A stretch of 64,000 nucleotides of DNA from Pseudomonadota bacterium (GTDB taxonomy: Bacteria; Bdellovibrionota_B; Oligoflexia; Oligoflexales; RGVZ01): NCBI GenBank assembly GCA_041178085.1, contig JBEGVZ010000085.1:32001-96000 (forward strand). Direction: 5' to 3'. The notes beneath the pieces were generated by a model. It was given only the letters and a program-made list of their open reading frames with translations, had not been told where the DNA came from and searched no databases. This document shows positions 47,731 to 56,812 of the stretch, in pieces. The first letter of the stretch is position 1, and the number at the start of each line of letters is the position of its first letter. A program made the position numbers and the translations under genes.

Positions 47731-48625
47731 GCAGGCCGAGCAGCTCTGCAGCTCCTTTGAACCAGCATTTCTTCTGTAATTTTTTCAGGATGTCTGACAC
47801 GTCCGTGGTAACCATGGAGATGTCCAACGCATCATGCGTTTCCGGAAACCACTTCAATTCCTCGATAAAACCCGATTCGTCGGCGCTAAATAGCGCGAGC
47901 CTTGCCGAGTAGAGCACCAACAGCGCCTTGTTCTGGTCCCCGGGGAAAATTGTCCTGATTGTGGCAACGGCCTCCGCCCGCCAAATGCCGGCCTTTGGGT
48001 GTGCGCATTCGCATGCCGAAATGGCGATGGCGGTTTTCAGCACTGCGATTTCGGCGTTGGCGTTTGCCAGTTGCGCGCATCGGCCGAGGGCTTCCCAGGC
48101 GTCCTCCGGCCGGTCACTGATGAATGCAGCCTTGGCAAGCTGGAACCAGATGGCAGGATCGCCGTCGTTCATGGTCAGGGCGATTTTGAGGTTGTTGATA
48201 CCCTGTTCCGGCTGGCCGTTTTCAAGGTAAGCCTGTCCCATCAAGCCGTAAATCTGGTACCCGAAGTCATCGATCTTCTCGCAATCCTCGATACAACCCT
48301 CAAAGTCCCTCATGTTGAATGCGAGCCATGCAGAGGTGAATCGCAACGCCGCAAGGCCAGTGAGTTCCGTCAGTTGACGCAGCGATGACAGCATTCGTTG
48401 TTCTTGATGGTAGCCAAATGAGTCAGCCGCAAGGTTTGAGATCATGTCTACGGCACTGGCACCGGCTTCGTTCAGCGACTCTTCCGCCCTCAGGAAGTCC
48501 TGGAGCGGTGAATCGGAAACTTCGCAAAAAAGGTTGGTCGCCTTGACCCATGCGTCAATCTTCTCCGCGCCCTCTTTATTAGAGGCGCGCTCGAATCCAG
48601 CGACGAGGATTTCCGATGGGCTCAT
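47675..48625 (-). CDS. Tetratricopeptide-repeat protein
   Basis: TPR patterns (LMGQAYLENGQPEQGINNLKIAL, WFQLAKAA). Start uncertain (48625 or further upstream); 3' end overlaps lpxC. Confidence 0.7.
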   Translation of the reverse strand: MSPSEILVAGFERASNKEGAEKIDAWVKATNLFCEVSDSPLQDFLRAEESLNEAGASAVDMISNLAADSFGYHQEQRMLSSLRQLTELTGLAALRFTSAWLAFNMRDFEGCIEDCEKIDDFGYQIYGLMGQAYLENGQPEQGINNLKIALTMNDGDPAIWFQLAKAAFISDRPEDAWEALGRCAQLANANAEIAVLKTAIAISACECAHPKAGIWRAEAVATIRTIFPGDQNKALLVLYSARLALFSADESGFIEELKWFPETHDALDISMVTTDVSDILKKLQKKCWFKGAAELLGLLTGKRVQGSPGAGSSTPA

Positions 48626-48731
48626 GGTGGTCCCGTTAAGTTCGCTCACGAGTATACCATGCCAGCTCCTCATTGATGTCACTGGTGCTCTTAGCGATCC
48701 CACGGCGAAAGTGTGACGATGCCACTTTGGC

Positions 48732-50141
48732 TTGAGTGGTGACTTCAGTGGGAGTTGGGGGCGAATTTTGCGGACCGGGGTGTTTTTGGCGTGGCTGTCT
48801 GGATATTTGGCGGGACTGGCTCTTGGCTTTCCTGCGGTCTTGGTCGCGCTGCTCCCGGCCGCCGGTGTTTTTCTTGCGCATCGTAGCTGTCTCCAGCGTG
48901 GTCTCGTTGGCCTTATTCCAATTTTTTTTGCAGCGATGGTGGGTGTCTTGCCGGGTTATTTACGTTACGGCCTCTCCCGGAGCCCTCCTCCTGGACCAGC
49001 GGTCGTGCTTGATACAGGTTCTGCATTTTCCTGGCGGGGGTCATTTCTGCTTCTCGAAGTTGCTCCGGGTGGCGGACGCTTTGTGGTTGAGTCTGGACGT
49101 TGGCATCATCCAGGTTCATTTGTTCAAGTCAGTTCCTGTCAGCAGGGAGCGGTCTGGCCCCTGCCCTTTCGTTGTCGAATTCATGCCTGGCATCAAAAGT
49201 TCTCATTTCCCCGCTTGTCCCGGGCTATTGCTGGCGTTCGTCGACGGATGATCCGCCATTTTGACCGGTATGGACCGAACGGTGCGGAATGGTTGAAGGC
49301 TGTCATCCTCGGTCAATTGCCAGGTCCCCACAGGGGCTGGCTCACGGGTTTCAAGGACACTGGGCTGGTACATTTTCTTGTCGTGAGCGGGGCGCATGTC
49401 GTTCTGGTGTCAAAAGTTTCAAGGGTTTTAGTGGCCTTACCCCTTTGGTGGCTACACCTGACAGGACTTCTTTCCGCCCGGCGGTTTGCTGGTTACCTCG
49501 GTGGCGTAAAACTTATTGCCCTGCTTCCTGTCATTGTTTTTTCTCTTGTTTGTGGACTCGATCCGCCGGTCCAGCGCGCGCTGATCGCTCTTGCTCTGAT
49601 ATCCGTCCCAGGCTTCGGCGGTTTCCAGCTGCATTGGGCGACCCGGCTTTTACTCGTCCTTGCGGTTCAGGCGGCCATTTGGCCAGTGGGTTTTTTTTCC
49701 GCAACAAACGGCATGAGCTGGCTTGCTTCCACGGTCGTTCTCCTGACTCACCGGGTGGGCAGCGTGTGGAGGCAGTGGTTGATGTTTGTCTCGTTTTCTC
49801 TTCTGGCGGGAGCTGGCTCTGCGGCCGGGCTTCTTGCGAACCTTATCTTGTTGCCCGCACTCGAGGTGTTTTTTCTGGCTTCTATTCTGGTGGCGACGGT
49901 GGGACCGGATTTAGCCGGCTGGGCCCGATTCGAATCCGCGATTGGCTTCACGTGGAAAGCTGTCAGGTATGCTGGCTGGCACCTCTCCGGACCGCTTTTT
50001 GCTGTATCGGAAAGGCCCAGTCATTCGCTTCATCTTCGCGCCGCGATGACCGTGATCATGCTAGTCGTCGTAGCTCATTTTGCCTCGACCCGGCTTGCCT
50101 CCAAACCTGCGGTTCCCAGCGATTCATCGGGGCGCTCTTGA
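48732..50141 (+). CDS. comEC: ComEC/Rec2 competence channel protein without a metallo-beta-lactamase domain
   Basis: KAVILG, FKDTGLVHFLVVSGAHV (HxxxxSGxH), PPVQRA, ANLILLP; multiple TM segments. Confidence 0.82.
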   Translation: MSGDFSGSWGRILRTGVFLAWLSGYLAGLALGFPAVLVALLPAAGVFLAHRSCLQRGLVGLIPIFFAAMVGVLPGYLRYGLSRSPPPGPAVVLDTGSAFSWRGSFLLLEVAPGGGRFVVESGRWHHPGSFVQVSSCQQGAVWPLPFRCRIHAWHQKFSFPRLSRAIAGVRRRMIRHFDRYGPNGAEWLKAVILGQLPGPHRGWLTGFKDTGLVHFLVVSGAHVVLVSKVSRVLVALPLWWLHLTGLLSARRFAGYLGGVKLIALLPVIVFSLVCGLDPPVQRALIALALISVPGFGGFQLHWATRLLLVLAVQAAIWPVGFFSATNGMSWLASTVVLLTHRVGSVWRQWLMFVSFSLLAGAGSAAGLLANLILLPALEVFFLASILVATVGPDLAGWARFESAIGFTWKAVRYAGWHLSGPLFAVSERPSHSLHLRAAMTVIMLVVVAHFASTRLASKPAVPSDSSGRS

Positions 50142-51205
50142 ACGGGTTGGGAAGCTGACTTTGCCCGGATCGCGCTCAAATAAAGGCTGGCCGCGCTGAT
50201 GGTCCCCGAGAATGCAGAAACGAGGAAGAATGCGGGATGCCAGATCGCCCCGAGCATGAAGAACGCGATCGCCGCTGCACCGGTGACCAATGCATTGATC
50301 CCGATCTTGTCCTGCCGCGTGATGGCAAGCTGCCCATGCAAAACGCCAGAGCTGTAACCTTCGACAAGAACGTGTTTGACCTTAGGGCGGTAGAAGTGGC
50401 GTAGCGCAGTTTGTGGCCGGTAGAAGTACGTAACATGCCAGAAAGGCAAGTGAACCAGCTGGACCCCGGCGACTTCGATTTCGCTGCGGCTTTCGAGCAG
50501 GTAATCGACGTACTGGGCGGATATCTGGTGATGGTAATGCTCGACGTGCTGGACCGCGCGGCGGATGGCCGACTCCTCGTCGACTTCTACTCCGGCGATG
50601 GGCATGCCGTTGGCAAACTTGAATTCAAAAGGCTCCTTGGCTTCGTATGAGGAGCGTTCACTTTGTGGCTTCTCGATGTGTCCCCTGGAAAAGGTCGAAT
50701 CCATTGGGAATCCGTCCCAGTCGACGTTCACCTTTTCCTTGGGTTCATGCAGCCTGGCTGTTCCCCACATCTCGCAAATGTTCTTGCGAGCGCTTACGGC
50801 CCAGCGGTAGGTCCGGCGGAAATTCCCATTTTCGTTGAGGAAGTCGGAACCTGCCCCGTGTTCCTGGATTTTATTCCGACGCTGGGAAAGCCCCGTCCAA
50901 ACGGTGTGGGCTTCCATGGATACGATCCAGAAGGGCAAACTTGTCCCCTCCACGGAGGCGACCACATATTCCTTGTCGACGGCTTTGGGGTTGTGGTGAA
51001 GGCGGCGCAGCCACTCCAGGATAAGGTCCTTGACCGCTTTTGGGGCCATCGTGTTCGGTACGATGAAGTGGTCAGCGAAAGGCTCCTTTTCGCCAGTTTC
51101 TACAATATGTTTGAAGGTTTCCGAGCAAAACGGACACATGACCAGATAATGTCTGAAGTCATATTGGGCCGATGTGCCGCAGGTTGGGCAGGCTAACTCG
51201 TGCAT
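50075..51205 (-). CDS. Hypothetical protein with N-terminal zinc ribbon and C-terminal TM hairpin
   Basis: CPTCG..CPFC; LPFW motif twice; two C-terminal hydrophobic helices; AGGAGG RBS. Confidence 0.75.
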   Translation of the reverse strand: MHELACPTCGTSAQYDFRHYLVMCPFCSETFKHIVETGEKEPFADHFIVPNTMAPKAVKDLILEWLRRLHHNPKAVDKEYVVASVEGTSLPFWIVSMEAHTVWTGLSQRRNKIQEHGAGSDFLNENGNFRRTYRWAVSARKNICEMWGTARLHEPKEKVNVDWDGFPMDSTFSRGHIEKPQSERSSYEAKEPFEFKFANGMPIAGVEVDEESAIRRAVQHVEHYHHQISAQYVDYLLESRSEIEVAGVQLVHLPFWHVTYFYRPQTALRHFYRPKVKHVLVEGYSSGVLHGQLAITRQDKIGINALVTGAAAIAFFMLGAIWHPAFFLVSAFSGTISAASLYLSAIRAKSASQPVQERPDESLGTAGLEASRVEAK

Positions 51206-51246
51206 GGGGTGGAGGTCCTCCTGCTAAAAATTTTATCACGTTTCTG

Positions 51247-51274
51247 TTGACATGCCGCGAACCCGCCTTAAGTT
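51247..51274 (+). promoter_or_regulatory. Putative sigma70-type promoter of dnaK
   Basis: TTGACA-N16-TAAGTT, followed by a CGGAACC..GGTTCCG leader hairpin (51281-51328). Confidence 0.4.
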
Positions 51275-51368
51275 GCTTTGCGGAACCGGAATAAAGGCTT
51301 TTGGGGCCCGGGTAAGGGCGGGGTTCCGGCGAAAAAAACTTAAAAATCCATAATGAAATGGAGCACAT

Positions 51369-53285
51369 ATGGCAGGCAAAGTGATTGGAATCGACTTGGG
51401 AACAACCAACTCCGTGGTGGCAATCATGGAGCAGGGTCAGCCGAAAATCATTGCCAATGCTGAAGGCCAGAGGACCACGCCAAGCGTGGTGGCCTTCGCG
51501 AAGGACGGTGAGGTTCTGGTCGGGGCTGCTGCCCGTCGCCAGGCTGTAACCAACCCGGAGCGGACGATCTATTCAGCCAAGCGCTTCATTGGTTGCACCT
51601 TCAACGAGCGCGAAGAAGAGTCCAGAAGGGTTCCTTATGTGGTCCGCAAGGGTCGCGGCAATTTGGCTGTTTTTGAGATTGACGGCAAGGAGCACACCCC
51701 GCCGGAGATTTCGGCCAAGGTTCTCGCCAAGCTCAAGCAAGCGGCCGAAGATTACCTGGGAGAGACAGTCACCGAGGCCGTCATCACCGTTCCGGCCTAT
51801 TTCAATGACAGCCAGCGCCAGGCCACCAAGGATGCCGGCAAGATCGCCGGACTTGATGTGAAGCGCATTGTCGCTGAACCAACGGCCGCAGCCCTCGCTT
51901 ACGGACTCGACAAAAAGAAGAACGAAAAGATCGCAGTTTACGACTTCGGGGGCGGTACTTTCGACATTTCGATTCTGGAAGTCGGTGAAAACGTCGTCGA
52001 GGTTCTTGCCACCAACGGCGATACGCATCTCGGTGGTGACAACGTGGACGAGGTTCTGATCGAATACCTCGTCAAGGATTTCAAGAACAGCTCCGGCATC
52101 GACGTGTCGAAAGACCCGATGGCAATGCAGCGCCTCAAGGAGGCCGCAGAAAAGGCCAAGATTGAGCTGTCTTCCGCACAGGCGACGGACATCAACTTGC
52201 CATTCCTGACGGCAGATCAGACTGGTCCGAAGCACCTGAATGTTTCCCTGACCCGGGCAAAGTTTGAGCAGCTGATCGCAGACATTGTGGAGAAGACGCT
52301 GGCGCCTTGCCGCCAGGTGCTCAAGGATGCAGGCCTTCAGACGTCCCAGGTGAACGAGGTTCTGCTGGTCGGTGGCTCCACGCGTATTCCGCTGGTGCAG
52401 CAGAAAGTCAAAGAATTCTTCGGCAAGGATCCTAACCGGACGGTGAACCCGGATGAAGTGGTTGCAGTGGGCGCAGCTGTCCAGGCAGGCATCCTCGCGG
52501 GTGATGTGAAGGATGTTCTCCTTCTCGATGTAACCCCGCTCTCCCTTGGTATCGAGACCCTTGGTGGCGTGATGACCAAGTTGATCGACCGCAACACGAC
52601 CATCCCGACCCGCCGGGCCCAGGTTTTCTCGACAGCGTCGGACAACCAGACTTCGGTGGAGATCAACGTGCTCCAGGGTGAGCGTGAAATGGCGCGTGAC
52701 AACCGTCAGCTGTCGCGATTCAGCCTGGTGGACATTCCACCTGCTCCGCGCGGCGTGCCGCAAATCGAGGTGGCCTTTGACATTGACGCCAACGGGATTG
52801 TTTCAGTGTCGGCCAAAGATCTTGGCACGGGCAAGGAACAAAAAATCACTGTCCAGGCTTCAACCAAGTTGAGTGAAGATGAAATCAACCGCATGGTCAA
52901 GGATGCCGAGGTTCACAAGGAAGACGACCGGAAGAAACGCGAGCAGATCCAGGCACGTAACGCCCTTGATTCGATGATCTTCCAGGCGGAGAAGATGGTC
53001 CGTGAAAACGGTGACAAGCTTCCGACAGACCTTAAGTCGGAAGTTGAGTCCGCAGTGGCGACCGCCAAGACCAAGCTGGATTCAGAAGACGCCGAGGTGA
53101 TCGAGGCGGCCAAAGCCGAACTTGAGGCAAAGATGCACAAGCTGGCGGAGCAACTCTACAAGACGGCACAAGCTGCCGGTGGTGAGGCATCCAAAGGAGC
53201 AGACGGCGCGGCCCCAGGTGGAGCCAAGAAGTCCGATTCGGATGTGGTCGATGCAGAGTACGAGGATAACTCAGGCAATCCATAG
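51369..53285 (+). CDS. dnaK: Molecular chaperone DnaK
   Basis: [60 protein letters not shown]. Confidence 0.98.
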   Translation: MAGKVIGIDLGTTNSVVAIMEQGQPKIIANAEGQRTTPSVVAFAKDGEVLVGAAARRQAVTNPERTIYSAKRFIGCTFNEREEESRRVPYVVRKGRGNLAVFEIDGKEHTPPEISAKVLAKLKQAAEDYLGETVTEAVITVPAYFNDSQRQATKDAGKIAGLDVKRIVAEPTAAALAYGLDKKKNEKIAVYDFGGGTFDISILEVGENVVEVLATNGDTHLGGDNVDEVLIEYLVKDFKNSSGIDVSKDPMAMQRLKEAAEKAKIELSSAQATDINLPFLTADQTGPKHLNVSLTRAKFEQLIADIVEKTLAPCRQVLKDAGLQTSQVNEVLLVGGSTRIPLVQQKVKEFFGKDPNRTVNPDEVVAVGAAVQAGILAGDVKDVLLLDVTPLSLGIETLGGVMTKLIDRNTTIPTRRAQVFSTASDNQTSVEINVLQGEREMARDNRQLSRFSLVDIPPAPRGVPQIEVAFDIDANGIVSVSAKDLGTGKEQKITVQASTKLSEDEINRMVKDAEVHKEDDRKKREQIQARNALDSMIFQAEKMVRENGDKLPTDLKSEVESAVATAKTKLDSEDAEVIEAAKAELEAKMHKLAEQLYKTAQAAGGEASKGADGAAPGGAKKSDSDVVDAEYEDNSGNP

Positions 53286-53304
53286 AACAGAGCCCATTCA
53301 GGGC

Positions 53305-53345
53305 AAAAAATCCCCCGTTGCAATTCGCAGCGGGGGATTTTTCTT
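53305..53345. terminator. Bidirectional intrinsic terminator (dnaK / SPFH gene)
   Basis: AAAAAATCCCCCGTTGC-AATTC-GCAGCGGGGGATTTTT. Confidence 0.88.
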
Positions 53346-53360
53346 CTAAACGAAAATGAC

Positions 53361-54110
53361 TTACTTTTTTCCTTCCAGAAACGGTTTCAAGATTTCAACT
53401 GGTATGGGGAAGATGATGGTGGAGTTTTGTTCTGAAGATATGTCGGAAAGAGTCTGCAGGTAGCGCAGCTGGACCGACACGGGATTTTGAGAAAGTGTAT
53501 CTGCCGCTTCACGCAGCTTGGCTGCGGACTGGAGCTCCCCCTCAGCTGCAATGATCTTCGCTCGACGTTCCCTCTCAGACTCAGCCTCCCGTGCCATTGC
53601 CCGTTGCATCTCCTGCGGCAGGTCGATGTGTTTGACTTCGACAGACGACACCTTGATTCCCCAGGAGTCTGTATTCTGGTCAAGGATTTGCTGCAGCTGG
53701 TCGTTGATCTTTTCCCGCTCGACGAGCAACTCATCAAGGGTGTGCTGGCCAAGCACAGAACGAAGGTGCGTCTGGGCGAGCTGAGATGTCGCGTACAGGT
53801 AGTTCTCAATATTGACCACGGCCTTGTAAGGGTCAACAACACGGAAATACAGGACCGCATTCACCTTCAGACTGACGTTGTCGCGACTGATTACATCCTG
53901 CGGATCGATGTCCATGGTCACGACCCGGATGGATACGCGGACCATGCGGTCGACCAGAGGGATCAAGATGATTGGACCCGGCCCCTTGGGCGATTCCAGT
54001 GCCCTGCCGAGCCGGAACACGACTCCCCTCTCATACTCTTGCAAGATCTTGATGGCAGAGGCGAGAAAAGCCAGCGCAAGGATAAAAAAGATAAATCCAC
54101 CCGAGGCCAT
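53361..54110 (-). CDS. SPFH/band 7 (stomatin/slipin) family protein
   Basis: [52 protein letters not shown]. Confidence 0.95.
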   Translation of the reverse strand: MASGGFIFFILALAFLASAIKILQEYERGVVFRLGRALESPKGPGPIILIPLVDRMVRVSIRVVTMDIDPQDVISRDNVSLKVNAVLYFRVVDPYKAVVNIENYLYATSQLAQTHLRSVLGQHTLDELLVEREKINDQLQQILDQNTDSWGIKVSSVEVKHIDLPQEMQRAMAREAESERERRAKIIAAEGELQSAAKLREAADTLSQNPVSVQLRYLQTLSDISSEQNSTIIFPIPVEILKPFLEGKK

Positions 54111-54120
54111 GGGAATCCCT

Positions 54121-54462
54121 TTAAACAAGCTGTCTTTGAATTTCCTGCCATAGCGCTTTCTTGGCTGCAGGATCTATCGCCAAATCGCTCACTTCTGGGG
54201 CAAGAACCAGTCTACCCGAATCAGCCTTCAACTTTTTGGACGCGGCTGCCGCAGCGGCAGGTCCAAACGCGATCTGAATCGACTGACCACCACATGCCTG
54301 GGCGATCTTCGCCATAAGTTGCTGCTCCTCTGGCTGAGGGCGGGCCAAACTGTGAAAGAGTGTCACAGGTCCCATGACAAGCTTCGAGACGGGACTTCTG
54401 GACGGCCAGACCTGCCCACGATCCGACAACCATTCTGCATACTTTTTTAGCTGGCGACTCAT
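54121..54462 (-). CDS. Small hypothetical protein, possibly DNA polymerase III psi / minimal UDG-like fold
   Basis: [14 protein letters not shown] and C-terminal [21 protein letters not shown]. Confidence 0.4.
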   Translation of the reverse strand: MSRQLKKYAEWLSDRGQVWPSRSPVSKLVMGPVTLFHSLARPQPEEQQLMAKIAQACGGQSIQIAFGPAAAAAASKKLKADSGRLVLAPEVSDLAIDPAAKKALWQEIQRQLV

Positions 54463-54487
54463 TCAGGTGGTATAGCACCGGAATAGT

Positions 54488-56038
54488 TCAGGACGCAACG
54501 CGTGTAGGCCCTGCCTTGCCCGCAGAGGGTTTGCGCCTTTTCCTGGCTTCAGCACTGGCTTCCTTCAACAAGTCGCTTGCGTAAGCCTGGGCGCAGCCCA
54601 TCTGTCTTGCCCGTGAAAGGGCAAACCAGGTTTTCAGGGGGCAGCCTGTTTTCAATAGCGCTTCACCTTGCAAAACCAGGGCTGCGCTGGACCACGGTTG
54701 TGTCGCGAACGATTTCAACGCGCATGGTTCAGCTTTTTCCGGCCGGTTTAACTTCAGGTGCAGGGTGGCCATCAAGCGCTGTAGCTGGGTTTGGTCACCG
54801 CCGCGTTTGATAGATTCGAGGGCGGCAAGCGCTTCAGCGTCCTTGCCCGATTTGCTCAACGCCATGGCCTGGATCATTGCCGCTTCTGCGGACTCGCCGT
54901 TTGCCGCCAGCTCGCCAGCGACGGTAATGGCATCATCCAGCTTTTCCTGCATGAAATAGACACGCGCCAGTAGCTCCGCAGCGTCATTCTGGCCAGGGTG
55001 TGCCTTCCGTTCATCCCGCAGGATGATTTCGGCACGACGAAGATCCTGGATCTGCTCACAGGTTGCCACCACAGCCTCAAGAGCATCACGTGCATCCGGA
55101 TAATAACGCCGCATTCTGCTGAAATAGTAGAGCGCCTTGTCGATGTTGCCGCTTCTGGCCTGGGCGTGTCCCATGGTGATCAGGGCCTCGCGATGCCTTT
55201 GCGACTGCAGAAGGGCAAGACGCAGGTGCTCGATCGCTTCGACGAACAAACCTTGATCGAGCAAAAGTTGTCCGAGCAATACTTGGCGGTCAGGCTGCTT
55301 ACCATTGAACGACAGCTCGCGCGTCATCAGGTCGATGGCATCCTGCTTTCGCCCCTCGCTTAGCTTGATGTCAGCCATCAGACCGAGAGCGCGGAAATTG
55401 GATCCGTTCTCGCGGATCAGCTCCTCCAGGGCAGCGCGCGCCTCTTGGATCCGCCCCAACTTGCGCATCGCAAAAGCCCGAAGGAAGCGGGCGCGCACAT
55501 TCTTCGTGTCGTTGGTGAGAGCCTCATCCGCGCAGACAAGGGCCATCTGATACTTATTCTGCATGAGCAAAGACTCGGCCATCCGGATGAGCTTCAGAAC
55601 TTTATCAGGGAGGATGAAAGAGCGGACCAGAGACAGGACCTTTTTTTCGAGGTCCTCCGCCTGGAACGGTTTCACCAGGTAGTCGTTGGCGCCAAGGTCC
55701 ACAGCCTTGACGATGTCATCCCGGCCACCTTCGCCGGTGACGATGAGGATCGGGACGTCGGCGCCAAGGTCGCTGTGGCGGATAGACTCAACGACTTCAA
55801 ATCCACTGCCAGACCCAAGGTTCAGGTCGCAGACAACGAGCGAAGGGGCATGTTCCTTGAGAGATTTCTTGGCGCTGGCGACATCGAATGTTTCCACCAC
55901 CTTCCCGAATCCGGCCGTATCGAGGACCCGTCGGATGGCTTTTCGGATAGGATCATGATCGTCGACGACCAGAGCCGTGGCCTCCGCCAGGGCCGCTTTC
56001 ATCTCGTCGTCGATGTTGGGGTTGGCTCGCGTGGTCAT
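54488..56038 (-). CDS. Response regulator receiver plus TPR protein
   Basis: LVVDD, VCDLNL (phosphoacceptor Asp), VTG, YLVKPF, followed by multiple TPRs. Confidence 0.9.
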   Translation of the reverse strand: MTTRANPNIDDEMKAALAEATALVVDDHDPIRKAIRRVLDTAGFGKVVETFDVASAKKSLKEHAPSLVVCDLNLGSGSGFEVVESIRHSDLGADVPILIVTGEGGRDDIVKAVDLGANDYLVKPFQAEDLEKKVLSLVRSFILPDKVLKLIRMAESLLMQNKYQMALVCADEALTNDTKNVRARFLRAFAMRKLGRIQEARAALEELIRENGSNFRALGLMADIKLSEGRKQDAIDLMTRELSFNGKQPDRQVLLGQLLLDQGLFVEAIEHLRLALLQSQRHREALITMGHAQARSGNIDKALYYFSRMRRYYPDARDALEAVVATCEQIQDLRRAEIILRDERKAHPGQNDAAELLARVYFMQEKLDDAITVAGELAANGESAEAAMIQAMALSKSGKDAEALAALESIKRGGDQTQLQRLMATLHLKLNRPEKAEPCALKSFATQPWSSAALVLQGEALLKTGCPLKTWFALSRARQMGCAQAYASDLLKEASAEARKRRKPSAGKAGPTRVAS

Positions 56039-56079
56039 GGTAGCGAATGATCCTCAAACGTTTGGAGGTTCGCCCGGGA

Positions 56080-56784
56080 TCAGCCCATCGCGGACTTCAC
56101 CAGGGCACGTGCACCCGGGTCACCCGGAGAAGACGCCTGGGCTTGACGCCAGAGGTACCGCGCTTCGTCTTCCTTGCCCGCTTTCAACCGCGCGATGCCC
56201 GCCCAGACAAGCGCCTTGGCGTGCGCCGGGGACTTATTGAGGATTTCGGTAAATTCTTGAAATGCTTTATCAGGCTGCCCGTTGCGCAGATATAACCGCC
56301 CGAGATCAAGGCGAACATCCGCCATGTTCGGGTAAATGCCCAAGGCCTTCCGGTACTCGCCGATGGCATCCTGGATCATGTTGGAGTGCTCATAGGCCCG
56401 TGCTGCCGTCACATGGTGGTTGGCAATCCTGCCGAGGACAAGGTCCGGGACGCGCTGACCAGGACGTACGTGGCGTATCGCCTGCTCAAAAACCTCCCGC
56501 GCGTCATCGTACTGACCAACGTCACACAGTATGACGGAAAGGTTGAGTGCGGCCTCGGTAAAAGAATTGTTCGCCACCAGGGCTTTTTTGAATTCCCTGA
56601 TCGCATCCGCAAAACGCGACTGCTTGTGATAGGTGACACCCAGCAGGTTGTGGATATTGGCGAGTGAGCCGTGGGCAGCCAGCGTCGATTTGAGCAGCTT
56701 CTCCGCGGCGTCGAATCGTCCGACGCCCAGGTAAAGCATCACTTTTTTTTGCACTGCAACCAGTTCGGCGCGGATTCCACCCAT
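56080..56784 (-). CDS. Tetratricopeptide-repeat protein
   Basis: ANIHNLLGVTY..AIREFKKAL; YPNMADVRLDLGRLY. Start moved to ATG 56784, downstream of rny. Confidence 0.88.
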   Translation of the reverse strand: MGGIRAELVAVQKKVMLYLGVGRFDAAEKLLKSTLAAHGSLANIHNLLGVTYHKQSRFADAIREFKKALVANNSFTEAALNLSVILCDVGQYDDAREVFEQAIRHVRPGQRVPDLVLGRIANHHVTAARAYEHSNMIQDAIGEYRKALGIYPNMADVRLDLGRLYLRNGQPDKAFQEFTEILNKSPAHAKALVWAGIARLKAGKEDEARYLWRQAQASSPGDPGARALVKSAMG

Positions 56785-56812
56785 CTCAACCACCCCGTCG
56801 ATTGGCCCGTTG

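Noticed and set aside
49943..49958. parS-like site around TTCACGTGGAA
   Set aside because: About 12/16 match with broken outer arms, inside comEC coding sequence, single copy.
51573..52763. 396-aa antisense ORF
   Set aside because: Shadow ORF opposite dnaK, a well-known consequence of codon bias.
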